Assembly: GCA_964416505.1 (NCBI GenBank)
Contig: CAYQEJ010000004.1
Coordinates: 59,331 to 123,330 of the forward strand
Reading direction: 5' to 3'
Length of the DNA: 64,000 bases
Source: an uncultured Gammaproteobacteria bacterium
GTDB lineage: Bacteria; Patescibacteriota; Microgenomatia; Levybacterales; UBA12049
The position numbers and the translations under genes are program-made. Below the pieces are notes generated by a model. That model saw only the letters and a list, made by a program, of their open reading frames with translations. It did no database searches and was not told where the DNA came from. Shown piece after piece: positions 10,571 to 20,449 of this stretch. Numbering within the stretch: position 1 is the stretch's first letter; each line of letters begins with the position of its first letter.

Positions 10571-13530
10571 TAAGGTGAATAATTAACTCCAAAATCATAA
10601 AGAATTGGCGTCTGCGCTTGATCATTTGAGGACATATATATTTTATATCTCATACACTGTCCTGAATTTTCATAACCAGAGCCATCCGAATTCTTAGGAA
10701 GCTCTCCAGCAGCTGTAAAATAACTGCTTGATGTACCATCAGGCCCAACGTATACATAATTTGCGCCACCACACGATCCACCAACAGGATCTGCGATTGC
10801 CACCTGGTATGTTAATGTTGTTTGAGATGGAACGTTAACTGTAGAAAAAAATCTATTAAACATTGATTCTCCCGTTGCGTTAAAAGGCGCAGATTCAAAA
10901 GTACCAATTGATGAGTAAATCGCATCGTCAGGCCCTCCTTCAATTATTTTTAATTCATTTAGCGTAGTATTTGCCACCATGTAAACAAAATTATCACTAT
11001 CTGCTTCCGTTACTGAAGTTAAATCATTAAATCCTTGATCAAAATTTATTCCTGCACAATAAGTCGGCGAGGCCTCATTGGAACTATTCAAAACCTGGTA
11101 TTCTTCAGCATTATTTGAATTTCCAGTATTTCCATCTTTTCCAACTAAAACCACACGCTCTCCGTTTAGAACGGTTAAGGAACGTCTAGGATAAAGATCT
11201 GCATTAGCACCAGTTCCATAATAAAATCCACTCGTTGGACCATAGCTAGGAGATCCAGATGTGCCAGATAAAAATGCTGGAGCAGTTTTATTCGACGTAT
11301 TAATTACATAGAATTGCTTACTATCGGGCACCCCATTGTTATCCTTGTCGACTCCTCCATTTGATGAAATATAAGCTCTAGTTCCATCTGACTTTGCAAA
11401 TACTGAATTAGCTGCTTCTTCGGTAAACTGCTGAGAATTAAAATCAAGTCCGCTTACAACTTTCCAGCTAGCATCTCCACCTGAAATTGCACCGCAAGTG
11501 TTTTCTGCGCTTCTCGCAGTAGATGGAACAGTTGACACATCAACTATTTCAAATTCTCGGTCAGTTACCCCTCCTACGGCAACGTAAACGTATGTATTCA
11601 CTCCAACTTTAACAGGATATATATCATTTGTGGCATAAAGCTCTATATTTCCACCATCAGAACAGTCAGGGTGAATTGGGGTTGTAGTTGCCCAATTACT
11701 GCCACTTTGGCCTAAGGAATATTTCGCTGCTGAAGAAGTACCCGGATCACACTCATACCCATCCAACTGTATTCTGCAACCTTGCATATCAAGCCCGCTT
11801 GAAGTAGATTTTGTATCAATATTACTTAAATCAAAAATGTATAAAAATCCTCCTGAAGCCACATAACCTTTATTATCATAAACAGCTAATGATGTTGCCC
11901 CATAACCAAAAGGTGATCGGTCATAGGAATCATCATTAAAATAAACCTTAACAGTCGCCCAATCAAGTGAAAAATCACGAGTGGTATCACTCGCTACATC
12001 AATAACTCTAACTCTAAAATTCGAATTTGAAAAATCAGCATCGGCCCATGTTCTTCCCCAGTTATCGGTTGACCCTCCTAAAGAATAGGATACTTCTCCT
12101 GTTGTTAGGTTTGCAGTTGTCTTTGCAGTAGTCCAAGTAGATCCCCCATCCCACGAAAGCTGCACGCAAATCTTCGGGCTCCCCGTAGTAGAATCTGCCT
12201 TTGCATCAAGCCTTACCTCTATACCATTGATCGTGGATCCTGATGGAATATTGACGCCATAATTATAATACCTATGCTTGTCTTTATCTGCGCCCGTACA
12301 ATTCGTCCCAGTACCATTTCCAGAGTTGGTATCTACAGCGAAAGAATTATTATCACTATATGCTCTTGTCGGGTTCGTCGCGTAACCATCTCCATCTCCC
12401 CCAGTATCAGATGCATTTGAGGTTGGATTTAAAAATCCGGTATCTGTAGGAGCGTATGTGGAATAAATTTTTGTGTTAAAAAAAGTCCAGTATTTAAAAA
12501 TTTTATTTATAGGATCTTGATATTCACCAGTATTTGAACTGTTATTCGATGGATCTCCGTCATCCACCAAAACAGCAATTACTTCTTTATTAGGAAGATT
12601 CGTTCCCATAAGAGCATAAGTTTTACCCGCTGAAGATTTATAATACTTAATGTCTGTTGTCTTGAAATTATTATCTAAACCAGTTCCCGTTTGTGGAGAA
12701 TATCCTCCTGAAAACTCAGAAGAATTCATGGTAAATTTACCCGCCAAAACAGCTGAAGGAGTGCTTGTATTTGCCGTCACAGTAACATATGCCATTTTTA
12801 TAGAATTCGAAGTTGTAGGAGACGTAGCAACATAAACATTATTTGGAATACTTACAGAAGAACTAGCAGTAGCAGCAACAGCAACGGGTGGACCATCAGG
12901 AAGATCTATCGTGGTTGCAGAAAATGCCGGAGAACACCACTTAGCTTTGTTATCATTTATCAATTTCAACTCTCCTCCCCCTGTGTTAGTTACTTGAATA
13001 TTACTTGCAGTTCCAGAATTAAACTGAGATGAGGTAGTTTCTGTATATGAGAGATTTTTATATCTAGTAAAGTACGAGGTAGAACTAACATTTGACACAA
13101 GCGGAGTATTCCAGCTAACAGTTGTTACAACTTTTTTTGTTGATGGATCAACTGTTCCTCCAGAATTTACAATACCTCCACTGGAGTTTCTTTGCGCATC
13201 TGAGACATCAACTGAAATTGAAAAACCCTCAACTGCCTGGGCGCCTGATGTAAGCACGTACCTTCCATTGGAAATAACTGCATGGTAACTCCCATTTGCC
13301 GGAATATTACTCCATCCTCTTTCCGCTATGCTTCTTACTGCTTCTTGTGTTTCTTTTAAATAGGTTGTTGCCTGAAGTCTTTGCTCCTGCTGCGCTCTTC
13401 CTCCTCTTCCTGCTGCAAGCCCTGTAAGAAGAGCGGGTAAAATTAAAGTTGCAAGTCCGATAGCAATTAGAAGCTCAACTAACGACTGTCCTTTTTGACT
13501 TCTAAATTTTATCAATTTCCTTAAATTCAT
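10570..13530 (-). CDS. Giant minor pilin (PilV-like N-terminus) fused to a large beta-rich adhesin-like region
   Basis: KG|QSLVELLIAIGL prepilin motif followed by ~830 aa rich in Ser/Thr/Gly/Asn, with Cys pairs and a DxDxNG motif. Confidence 0.8.
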   Translation of the reverse strand: MNLRKLIKFRSQKGQSLVELLIAIGLATLILPALLTGLAAGRGGRAQQEQRLQATTYLKETQEAVRSIAERGWSNIPANGSYHAVISNGRYVLTSGAQAVEGFSISVDVSDAQRNSSGGIVNSGGTVDPSTKKVVTTVSWNTPLVSNVSSTSYFTRYKNLSYTETTSSQFNSGTASNIQVTNTGGGELKLINDNKAKWCSPAFSATTIDLPDGPPVAVAATASSSVSIPNNVYVATSPTTSNSIKMAYVTVTANTSTPSAVLAGKFTMNSSEFSGGYSPQTGTGLDNNFKTTDIKYYKSSAGKTYALMGTNLPNKEVIAVLVDDGDPSNNSSNTGEYQDPINKIFKYWTFFNTKIYSTYAPTDTGFLNPTSNASDTGGDGDGYATNPTRAYSDNNSFAVDTNSGNGTGTNCTGADKDKHRYYNYGVNIPSGSTINGIEVRLDAKADSTTGSPKICVQLSWDGGSTWTTAKTTANLTTGEVSYSLGGSTDNWGRTWADADFSNSNFRVRVIDVASDTTRDFSLDWATVKVYFNDDSYDRSPFGYGATSLAVYDNKGYVASGGFLYIFDLSNIDTKSTSSGLDMQGCRIQLDGYECDPGTSSAAKYSLGQSGSNWATTTPIHPDCSDGGNIELYATNDIYPVKVGVNTYVYVAVGGVTDREFEIVDVSTVPSTARSAENTCGAISGGDASWKVVSGLDFNSQQFTEEAANSVFAKSDGTRAYISSNGGVDKDNNGVPDSKQFYVINTSNKTAPAFLSGTSGSPSYGPTSGFYYGTGANADLYPRRSLTVLNGERVVLVGKDGNTGNSNNAEEYQVLNSSNEASPTYCAGINFDQGFNDLTSVTEADSDNFVYMVANTTLNELKIIEGGPDDAIYSSIGTFESAPFNATGESMFNRFFSTVNVPSQTTLTYQVAIADPVGGSCGGANYVYVGPDGTSSSYFTAAGELPKNSDGSGYENSGQCMRYKIYMSSNDQAQTPILYDFGVNYSP

Positions 13531-14039
13531 CAGTTTACCCCCGTAATAACACCATACCTATTTATAGTTATAATTATTTCTTTATTAATTGCTATCGATC
13601 TGAGCGTTATAGTATTTGATGATGATGAATAACCTACCATTTCTCCACTTAGGGCTGAGAAAAGAAGAGTATTACTCGGTAATGTAGTACTCTTAATTTC
13701 TAGATCAGAAGGCAAATCTACAGTAAAATTAGTCGAATCTCCGCTGTTGTAGGTTCCACCATGAAACAAAATATATTTATTTGACATAAAATATATTCCG
13801 TAATTATCAGCTGAAGCTCTTCCCTCCGTGTTTCCAGTCATCGCCTTTATTTGCTGAGCTCTAATATCAGAAACAAGCTTATCTGTATTTGAAGTTTCAG
13901 AGGCGGATCCCTGAGCACGCAGTAAATTGAAAGTTATAACTCCAAAAAGGACCATCATAATTGAAGAAGCAAGAAGAATCTCAATAAAACTAAAACCTTT
14001 TTGAGACTTAAATTTCTTTAAATGTATAAATCTTGGCAT
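13530..14039 (-). CDS. Minor pilin, FimU/GspH-like
   Basis: KG|FSFIEILL prepilin motif and C-terminal ITINRYG; ATG at 14039 preferred. Confidence 0.8.
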   Translation of the reverse strand: MPRFIHLKKFKSQKGFSFIEILLASSIMMVLFGVITFNLLRAQGSASETSNTDKLVSDIRAQQIKAMTGNTEGRASADNYGIYFMSNKYILFHGGTYNSGDSTNFTVDLPSDLEIKSTTLPSNTLLFSALSGEMVGYSSSSNTITLRSIAINKEIIITINRYGVITGVN

Positions 14040-14040
14040 A

Positions 14041-15096
14041 CTATCTAGCACTCACCTGACCAATTAGTCCATATATTGGAGCAATTATTGAAAGCATAAC
14101 TCCACCTACTAAAAGACCTACAACTACAAGCATTACTGGCTCAAGAAGTGTAGTTAAATTTTTCAAACTATTAGTAACTCTATAGTCCTGCTGTTCAGAA
14201 ATATCTTGCATAGATTTATCTAAGGTTCCTGTCTTTTCTCCAGCTTCAACAATTTTTATGATTATTGATGAAAATATTTTCTTCTGGTTTTTGAAACCTT
14301 GCGATAAATTCTTTCCTCCCAAAACCGTATCTTCGGCATATTTTATGGCTGCTTCTATGTCTTTTCTTCTTACAACTTGAATCGATAAATCAAGAGCATT
14401 TGTAATCGTAATTCCTGAAGACAAAAGTAAATACATACTTCTTGAAAATCTTGCCAAGTCGATCTCCTTAACTAAATTAGAAACGACTGGAGCCATATAA
14501 AAGACATTAAGAATTCTTCTTCTCTGAGCCTTGAATAATAAAACTCCAAAAATTAAACTCACCAACATAACTACCAAAAAAGGCACTGTATAATCCAACA
14601 AGAGATTGGAAGCAGATATAAGAATCTTTGTAGGAAGAGGAAGTTTTACATTTAATCTAGAAAATACTGTTGAAATTTTTGGAATTACGACAGTTAAGAT
14701 CAAAAGCAAAACACCGGCAAAAACTGCAAGAATAACAACGGGATAAATCATTGCAGATTTTACCTTATCGTTAAATTCCATATCTTTTTGAATCTGCACT
14801 TTTAAATCTTTAAGAGTTACATCCATTGTTCCTGCTTCTTCTGAAGCACGCAAAACATTAACTGTAACCTTATCGAAAATTTCAGGAAATTTTGCAAAAG
14901 AGGAATATAAATGTTGACCCTGCATAAGATCTTCCCTCATTGTTTCTAAAACTCTTTTGGTATTCCCTTTTGAATCCTCAAGCAAAGAATCTATACTCTC
15001 GAGAATTGGAATTCCAGCAGTAATCATGGTAGATAGATTTCCCAAAAGGGCCAATTTATCACCACCCTTTAATGTAAGCTTTTCATTTGGTGTCAT
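14041..15096 (-). CDS. pilC: Type IV pilus inner-membrane platform protein PilC (GspF family)
   Basis: AGIPILE, SEEAGTMD, AMIYP, GEKTGTLD and LLEP motifs. Confidence 0.93.
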   Translation of the reverse strand: MTPNEKLTLKGGDKLALLGNLSTMITAGIPILESIDSLLEDSKGNTKRVLETMREDLMQGQHLYSSFAKFPEIFDKVTVNVLRASEEAGTMDVTLKDLKVQIQKDMEFNDKVKSAMIYPVVILAVFAGVLLLILTVVIPKISTVFSRLNVKLPLPTKILISASNLLLDYTVPFLVVMLVSLIFGVLLFKAQRRRILNVFYMAPVVSNLVKEIDLARFSRSMYLLLSSGITITNALDLSIQVVRRKDIEAAIKYAEDTVLGGKNLSQGFKNQKKIFSSIIIKIVEAGEKTGTLDKSMQDISEQQDYRVTNSLKNLTTLLEPVMLVVVGLLVGGVMLSIIAPIYGLIGQVSAR

Positions 15097-15097
15097 T

Positions 15098-16780
15098 TTA
15101 TGCTGATTCTACTTTGGTAACTCTAAGAACTTCTTTTATAGTGGTCTTACCTTTTACAACCTTATCTAACCCGTCATCAAGCATAGTAGTCATTCCATCA
15201 GCTATCGCCTGCTTTGCAATTTCATCAGAATCACTTTTTGATGTAATAAGTTCTCTGATTTTTTCTGACATATCAATTACTTCAAAAATTCCAATTCTTC
15301 CACTATAGCCAGTGGCATGACAAACCTTACAACCTTTACCTTCATATACCCTAATCTGATCTCCAGGACCGAAGTATTTTGTAACTGCATCATCAGGAAT
15401 ATCTTTTAAAACTGCTTTTCTACTTATCACTATCTGAGCTTTACAAGAATCACAAATTTTCCTAACAAGTCTTTGAGCAATTATCACGTTCACGGTTGAA
15501 GCAACTAAAAAGGGCTCTATTTTCATATCAATCAAGCGTGGAAGGGTAGTAGCAGCATCATTGGTGTGAATCGTAGATAAAACCAAATGCCCGGTTAAAG
15601 CTGCATTTACGGCAATTCCTGCAGTTTCGCTGTCCCTAATTTCTCCTACAAAAATAACATTTGGATCTTGTCTTAAAATAGAACGAAGTCCGCTTGCGAA
15701 CGTTAAATTTGTTTTAGGATTTACTTGAATTTGATTAACACCTTTTATTCTGTATTCAACAGGCTCTTCAATAGTAGTTATATTTTTCTCTCTAGTATTA
15801 ACAATTTTTAAAATTGCATATACCGATGTTGTCTTACCAGATCCTGTAGGACCTGAGGACAGAATCATTCCGTAAGATTTATTAATTGCATTAGTCACTT
15901 TAGTTAAATCTCTTTCGTTCATACCAAGATCCTGAAGAGTGAATTGTCTAAATTTAGAAGACAAAAGTCTCATAACTATTTTTTCCCCTTCAGTAACTGG
16001 AATTATAGAAACACGAATATCCAGATTCTCCTCGTCTACCACAATTCTCATTTTTCCATCCTGCGCACTCAAATGCTCATCTGTTCTAAGACGAGATAAA
16101 ACCTTAATTCTTGTTACGATTCTGTCGTGAAGTTTTTTATCAACATACAAAACATCATGTAAAATTCCATCAATCCTAAATCTAACAAGTGAATTTTTTT
16201 CCTCTGGCTCTATGTGAACATCTGATGCTTTATCTCGATAAGCATAGGTGATAAGCAAATCTACAATTTTTGCAATCGGTGCCTCATCGAGCGTAGAAGC
16301 CGTCCTTGTTATTTCCGCTTGAAGCATTTGATCAAATGTTTGCTGAAGATCTTTTCTATAGAGCTGAAGCACATTTTCTATATCTTTTTCCGTTGCCATG
16401 TAGACGGTCACTTTTTGACCTGTCTTTTTGCTTATCATCTCAGGAAGTTTTGTATTAACTGGATCTGCAGCTGCAAGCTTTATACCATCTGCATCTTTTG
16501 CAAAAACAATTGCTTTGTGTTTCCTGGCCAATCTCTCCGGAACAATTCTATATACCCCTTCTGAAATCGTAATATTAGACAAAACTACAAAAGGATATTT
16601 AATATGATTCGCTATTAGTTGACCAAGCTTATCATCTGGAATTACATCTTTTTCCATTATTGCTTGCTGGAGAGGAATTCTTCCATTCGCCGCAAATACC
16701 AAAACATCCCTCATGGTCTTAGTGTCAACTAGACCAGACTGAAGAAGCAGTTGTTGTATCTCAATATCGGGCAGAAGCAT
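15098..16780 (-). CDS. pilB: Type IV pilus assembly ATPase PilB (GspE family)
   Basis: ASDVHIEP, Walker A GPTGSGKTT, LRQDPNVIFVGEIRD, His box and Cys4 zinc motif. Confidence 0.95.
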   Translation of the reverse strand: MLLPDIEIQQLLLQSGLVDTKTMRDVLVFAANGRIPLQQAIMEKDVIPDDKLGQLIANHIKYPFVVLSNITISEGVYRIVPERLARKHKAIVFAKDADGIKLAAADPVNTKLPEMISKKTGQKVTVYMATEKDIENVLQLYRKDLQQTFDQMLQAEITRTASTLDEAPIAKIVDLLITYAYRDKASDVHIEPEEKNSLVRFRIDGILHDVLYVDKKLHDRIVTRIKVLSRLRTDEHLSAQDGKMRIVVDEENLDIRVSIIPVTEGEKIVMRLLSSKFRQFTLQDLGMNERDLTKVTNAINKSYGMILSSGPTGSGKTTSVYAILKIVNTREKNITTIEEPVEYRIKGVNQIQVNPKTNLTFASGLRSILRQDPNVIFVGEIRDSETAGIAVNAALTGHLVLSTIHTNDAATTLPRLIDMKIEPFLVASTVNVIIAQRLVRKICDSCKAQIVISRKAVLKDIPDDAVTKYFGPGDQIRVYEGKGCKVCHATGYSGRIGIFEVIDMSEKIRELITSKSDSDEIAKQAIADGMTTMLDDGLDKVVKGKTTIKEVLRVTKVESA

Positions 16781-16878
16781 AGTCTTTAATCACCAATAAA
16801 GGCTTAATTTTATCCTAACATAAAAAAAGAAAAGTTGTATCAAGTTAATATTAATCTTGTGCTAGAATATTGGAAACA

Positions 16879-18603
16879 ATGAAGCTAATCGCATTTATAG
16901 TTTTTTTAATTGCAGGAATTTTTATTACATATCCCTGGATCTTTCATTTAAGTGATTTCGTAACTGGGTATGGAGACAATTTCGTTTATACATGGATACA
17001 TACTTGGGTAATTGAATCTATAATAAATGGAAATATTACACAAATTTTCAATACTAATATTTTCTATCCTTATCAGGTAGGGCTTTCAGTCTCTGATCCA
17101 AATATATCAACAGCAATCCTCTCAATACCCATTTACTTGTTAACTAGAGAGCCAATTTCGACTGTAAATTTCACAACAATATTTTCTATAGTTTTCCTAG
17201 GGTTTTCCATTTACTTACTTTCTTATTATTTAACAAAAAATTATCTAGCTTCTATTTTTTCCGGACTGCTCATAGCATTTTCACCGGCATATCTTAGTTT
17301 CTATGGACATTTACAAATGATGTCTATTGCCTTTACTCCACTTTCTATTCTTTGTTTTTTAATTTTTATAAAAACCAAAAAACAAAAAAATCTAATAATT
17401 TCTTTATTTTTATTTCTTTTACAAACTTATAATAATTTTTTGGGAGGCTACTTTATTCTTTTTTCCTATTTGATCATTTTTTTATTTAATTTAATTGGAA
17501 ATAAATCAAAAACAATTGGTCTGATTTCCAAAAAAAATATTATTATTTTTATTTCTTTTTTTGCACTAATTATTCCAGTCGCTAATTCATACTTTTCGGT
17601 TTCCAAGGAGTTTAATTACAAAAGAGATATTAGAGATGCAGTTCATTTCGCAAACCAACCTGAAGATTTTCTCCTAACTATGGAATTTAGCCGTTTACAA
17701 AAGCCCTTAAAATCACTTCCTTTTAATCAGGTTTCACAAAATTCAGAATTTAAACCTGCATTTTTAGGATTTATATTTAGTCTTTTGTTCTTATTCTCAA
17801 TTTTTTATTTTTTTAAAAATTTAAAAAGGAAAAACATATATTTAAATTCATTTATGACTATAGCTGCTCTCGGATTTGTCTTAAGCCTAGGCCCCGTACT
17901 TCATCTTGGTAGGCAAACCATACATAATCCTATTATTCCTCTCCCTTATGCTCTTTTTTATTATATTGTTCCCGGATTTCAAGGATTCAGGAATTCAGCG
18001 AGATGGGAAGTTCTCATGCTTATCGGGGCTTCCGTTGTAATAGCTGTTATTCTTAGCAAAGTTTTTGGAAAATTTAGTACCAAGAAACAATTCATAATTT
18101 ATTCTCTTCTAACATTAGTGTGCATAATTGAATTAAATCTTCCTCTTAAGTTCGTAAAAATGCAGTCAATAAAAAATATTCCCCAAGAATACCATTGGCT
18201 CGCAACAACTCCTGAGGATACAAAACTAATTGAAATGCCGGTTTACAACTGGAACATGTTCCCCTATGGCAATCAAGAACTTTGGAGACTTTATTATTCA
18301 ACGAGTAATTTCAGAAGAACCGTAAATGGAACTGGAGGATTTACTCCACCTCCTTGGCAGGAAATGGCATATGAACTAGATGAAAATTTCCCAAATGAAA
18401 AATCCATCACCAAACTAAAGAATCTCAACCTCAACTATATTCTTGTTCATAAAAATGAATTTGATAAATTAAATAGTGATAAATTTACAATAAATAAAAA
18501 AATTATACCTAGTGGAGAATTCGTTATTAGAAATTTAAATAAAAATCCAGAATTAAAACTTATCAACAGATTTGGGGATACGTATATTTACAGCCTTAAT
18601 TAG
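16879..18603 (+). CDS. Polytopic membrane protein, YfhO/GT-C-like glycosyltransferase
   Basis: Multiple TM helices, GFRNSARW motif and a C-terminal extracellular domain with VNGTGGFTP. ATG 16879 follows TGCTAGAAT. Confidence 0.65.
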   Translation: MKLIAFIVFLIAGIFITYPWIFHLSDFVTGYGDNFVYTWIHTWVIESIINGNITQIFNTNIFYPYQVGLSVSDPNISTAILSIPIYLLTREPISTVNFTTIFSIVFLGFSIYLLSYYLTKNYLASIFSGLLIAFSPAYLSFYGHLQMMSIAFTPLSILCFLIFIKTKKQKNLIISLFLFLLQTYNNFLGGYFILFSYLIIFLFNLIGNKSKTIGLISKKNIIIFISFFALIIPVANSYFSVSKEFNYKRDIRDAVHFANQPEDFLLTMEFSRLQKPLKSLPFNQVSQNSEFKPAFLGFIFSLLFLFSIFYFFKNLKRKNIYLNSFMTIAALGFVLSLGPVLHLGRQTIHNPIIPLPYALFYYIVPGFQGFRNSARWEVLMLIGASVVIAVILSKVFGKFSTKKQFIIYSLLTLVCIIELNLPLKFVKMQSIKNIPQEYHWLATTPEDTKLIEMPVYNWNMFPYGNQELWRLYYSTSNFRRTVNGTGGFTPPPWQEMAYELDENFPNEKSITKLKNLNLNYILVHKNEFDKLNSDKFTINKKIIPSGEFVIRNLNKNPELKLINRFGDTYIYSLN

Positions 18604-18620
18604 GATAGTGGCATTTTTTG
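18596..18620. repeat. 25-bp direct repeat, copy 1: duplicate of the secA 3' end (att-like)
   Basis: TTAATTAGGATAGTGGCATTTTTTG is identical to 20425-20449. Confidence 0.95.
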
Positions 18621-18629
18621 AACTGCTGA

Positions 18630-20237
18630 TCAATTAGGAGACCATATAGCATTTTCAAATTTTATATTTTTATCCTCATAATTGATCTCACCAGTTTTTT
18701 CTCCAGTTTCTTTATCTTTAAATTGCAGTCCGGCATTAGTTTCTTCTATTTTTGAAGTTATTATTTTATTAAAAGTGTTATATAAATCTGTAAACTGCTT
18801 CTCGCTAAGAATTGCATTTGGTGATGAAATTGAATCAACTAAATCTGACTCAGATCCTGTCTTTAGATCTAATAATTTTACATAAACGGAATCTGATAAT
18901 TTATAAGGCTGAAAGTTACCAGCATACCTACCAATTAAAATTACAAATCTTTTACGTGAGTCGACGTGTAATAATTCAGGTGGAATAGGTGCATTAATTT
19001 TTAGATCATATATTTTTTTAGGGAATTCTCCTTTTTTTAAAACATAAATCCCATCACCTGCTAATAAATTGTACTGCGAATTAATTTTTTCCAAGGGGTA
19101 ATAACTTTTAAGAAACCCCATATCTCTGCTTATTATTCTATTTTCTTCATCTATAAATTTATATTCAGCCTGCGGTGCAATATTTTTTATAGGCACGGTG
19201 TCTTTTGGAATACTGGTAACTAATTTCCAATTCTTATTGGAAATATCATAGGCGTAACTTTTCCAAACATTATCTTGAGCTAATTTGAAATAGATAAATG
19301 AAGGAGAATAGGAAACTATTTCATAATTCTTAAATTCAAACGGAATCAGCGGAGATTCAATCCACCCATTCTTTGTTTGAATGAAGATTTTCTTACAACT
19401 TCTTATCCCATCAAATAGATTTGTATTTACTTTAACTAATCTACCATCTAAACAGCCAGGGATTCCCAATTCTTTAGGCAATTGATCTTGGGGAATGATC
19501 TTAATTTCATTTGAAACAGGATCTATTTTCGTTATCAAAGAATTTCCATTTACAAAATTAAAATCATTTAAAATTAAAATTTTTCCATTCTGATTAAATA
19601 ATTCAGAATTAACAAAATAAGGTTTACTCGATGATTGCTTGGAATAATTAACTACTTCTGGATCCTCATAGGAATCAAAATATTCTGAAGTTATATTTCC
19701 TGAACTTAAATCTAATTTATAAATTCCTCTCTTTATTTGCTTTGAAGAATTACCACAAAAGATAAATAAGAAATTATTAACTTTAGCTACTGAATTCACA
19801 CATCCGAAGACAGTAGGATTTAATTGTCTAACGATGTTTTTATTTTTTGGATCATATTCTACTATCCAATTTAAACCAGCAATCAACTGATGCTCTTTAT
19901 ACTGATAAACTGCACGAACTTCAGGGAAGAAATAAAGAAAATCTTTTTCACTAAGACTATCAAAATTATCAATATGATCAATAAAAACATTTTTTATAAC
20001 TTCATTTTTTACATTTACAGCAACAGTATTTACAATCTCCGAATCCTGCTTTCTATTCTCATTAATAGTAAAGCGACTGCTTAATATTGAAATTATTCCT
20101 ATAAAAAGCGGAATCAAAATTATTACAAAGATAAATAAAAATAATTTTTTTCTAGCAGTTTTTGAAGTTTTTTGGGACCAAGATAAAGCTTTTGGAAGCT
20201 CTGCCCTAGCGCTTTTGTCTGATTGATTTTGATCCAT
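18630..20237 (-). CDS. Membrane-anchored extracellular hypothetical protein (beta-rich, possibly propeller-like)
   Basis: Basic N-terminus, one TM near aa 32-52, then ~480 aa with Cys pairs and recurring YxxD/KLDL turns. Confidence 0.7.
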   Translation of the reverse strand: MDQNQSDKSARAELPKALSWSQKTSKTARKKLFLFIFVIILIPLFIGIISILSSRFTINENRKQDSEIVNTVAVNVKNEVIKNVFIDHIDNFDSLSEKDFLYFFPEVRAVYQYKEHQLIAGLNWIVEYDPKNKNIVRQLNPTVFGCVNSVAKVNNFLFIFCGNSSKQIKRGIYKLDLSSGNITSEYFDSYEDPEVVNYSKQSSSKPYFVNSELFNQNGKILILNDFNFVNGNSLITKIDPVSNEIKIIPQDQLPKELGIPGCLDGRLVKVNTNLFDGIRSCKKIFIQTKNGWIESPLIPFEFKNYEIVSYSPSFIYFKLAQDNVWKSYAYDISNKNWKLVTSIPKDTVPIKNIAPQAEYKFIDEENRIISRDMGFLKSYYPLEKINSQYNLLAGDGIYVLKKGEFPKKIYDLKINAPIPPELLHVDSRKRFVILIGRYAGNFQPYKLSDSVYVKLLDLKTGSESDLVDSISSPNAILSEKQFTDLYNTFNKIITSKIEETNAGLQFKDKETGEKTGEINYEDKNIKFENAIWSPN

Positions 20238-20424
20238 GTTCTTATTTAGGCAAATTTCTAATTCCTAGTCAATAAAATCCACATGGTAATAGGTGGTTAT
20301 AAAAAGTGATTTTTTGAATAAACAAAAAGTAATAAGTTTACCAAAAATCTGAAAATTTATGAGGCTAGTAAATTTCTCCTGTAAGGCAACTAAATCATGG
20401 ATCTAGATTGACTTGACAATCTAA

Positions 20425-20449
20425 TTAATTAGGATAGTGGCATTTTTTG
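20425..20449. repeat. 25-bp direct repeat, copy 2: last 25 nt of secA including the stop codon
   Basis: Identical to 18596-18620. Confidence 0.95.

Larger units (their letters stand above)
18596..20449. mobile_element. Putative ~1.8-kb islet integrated at the secA 3' end; no integrase inside
   Basis: Bounded by exact 25-bp direct repeats equal to the last 25 nt of secA; carries a single orphan gene. Confidence 0.7.
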
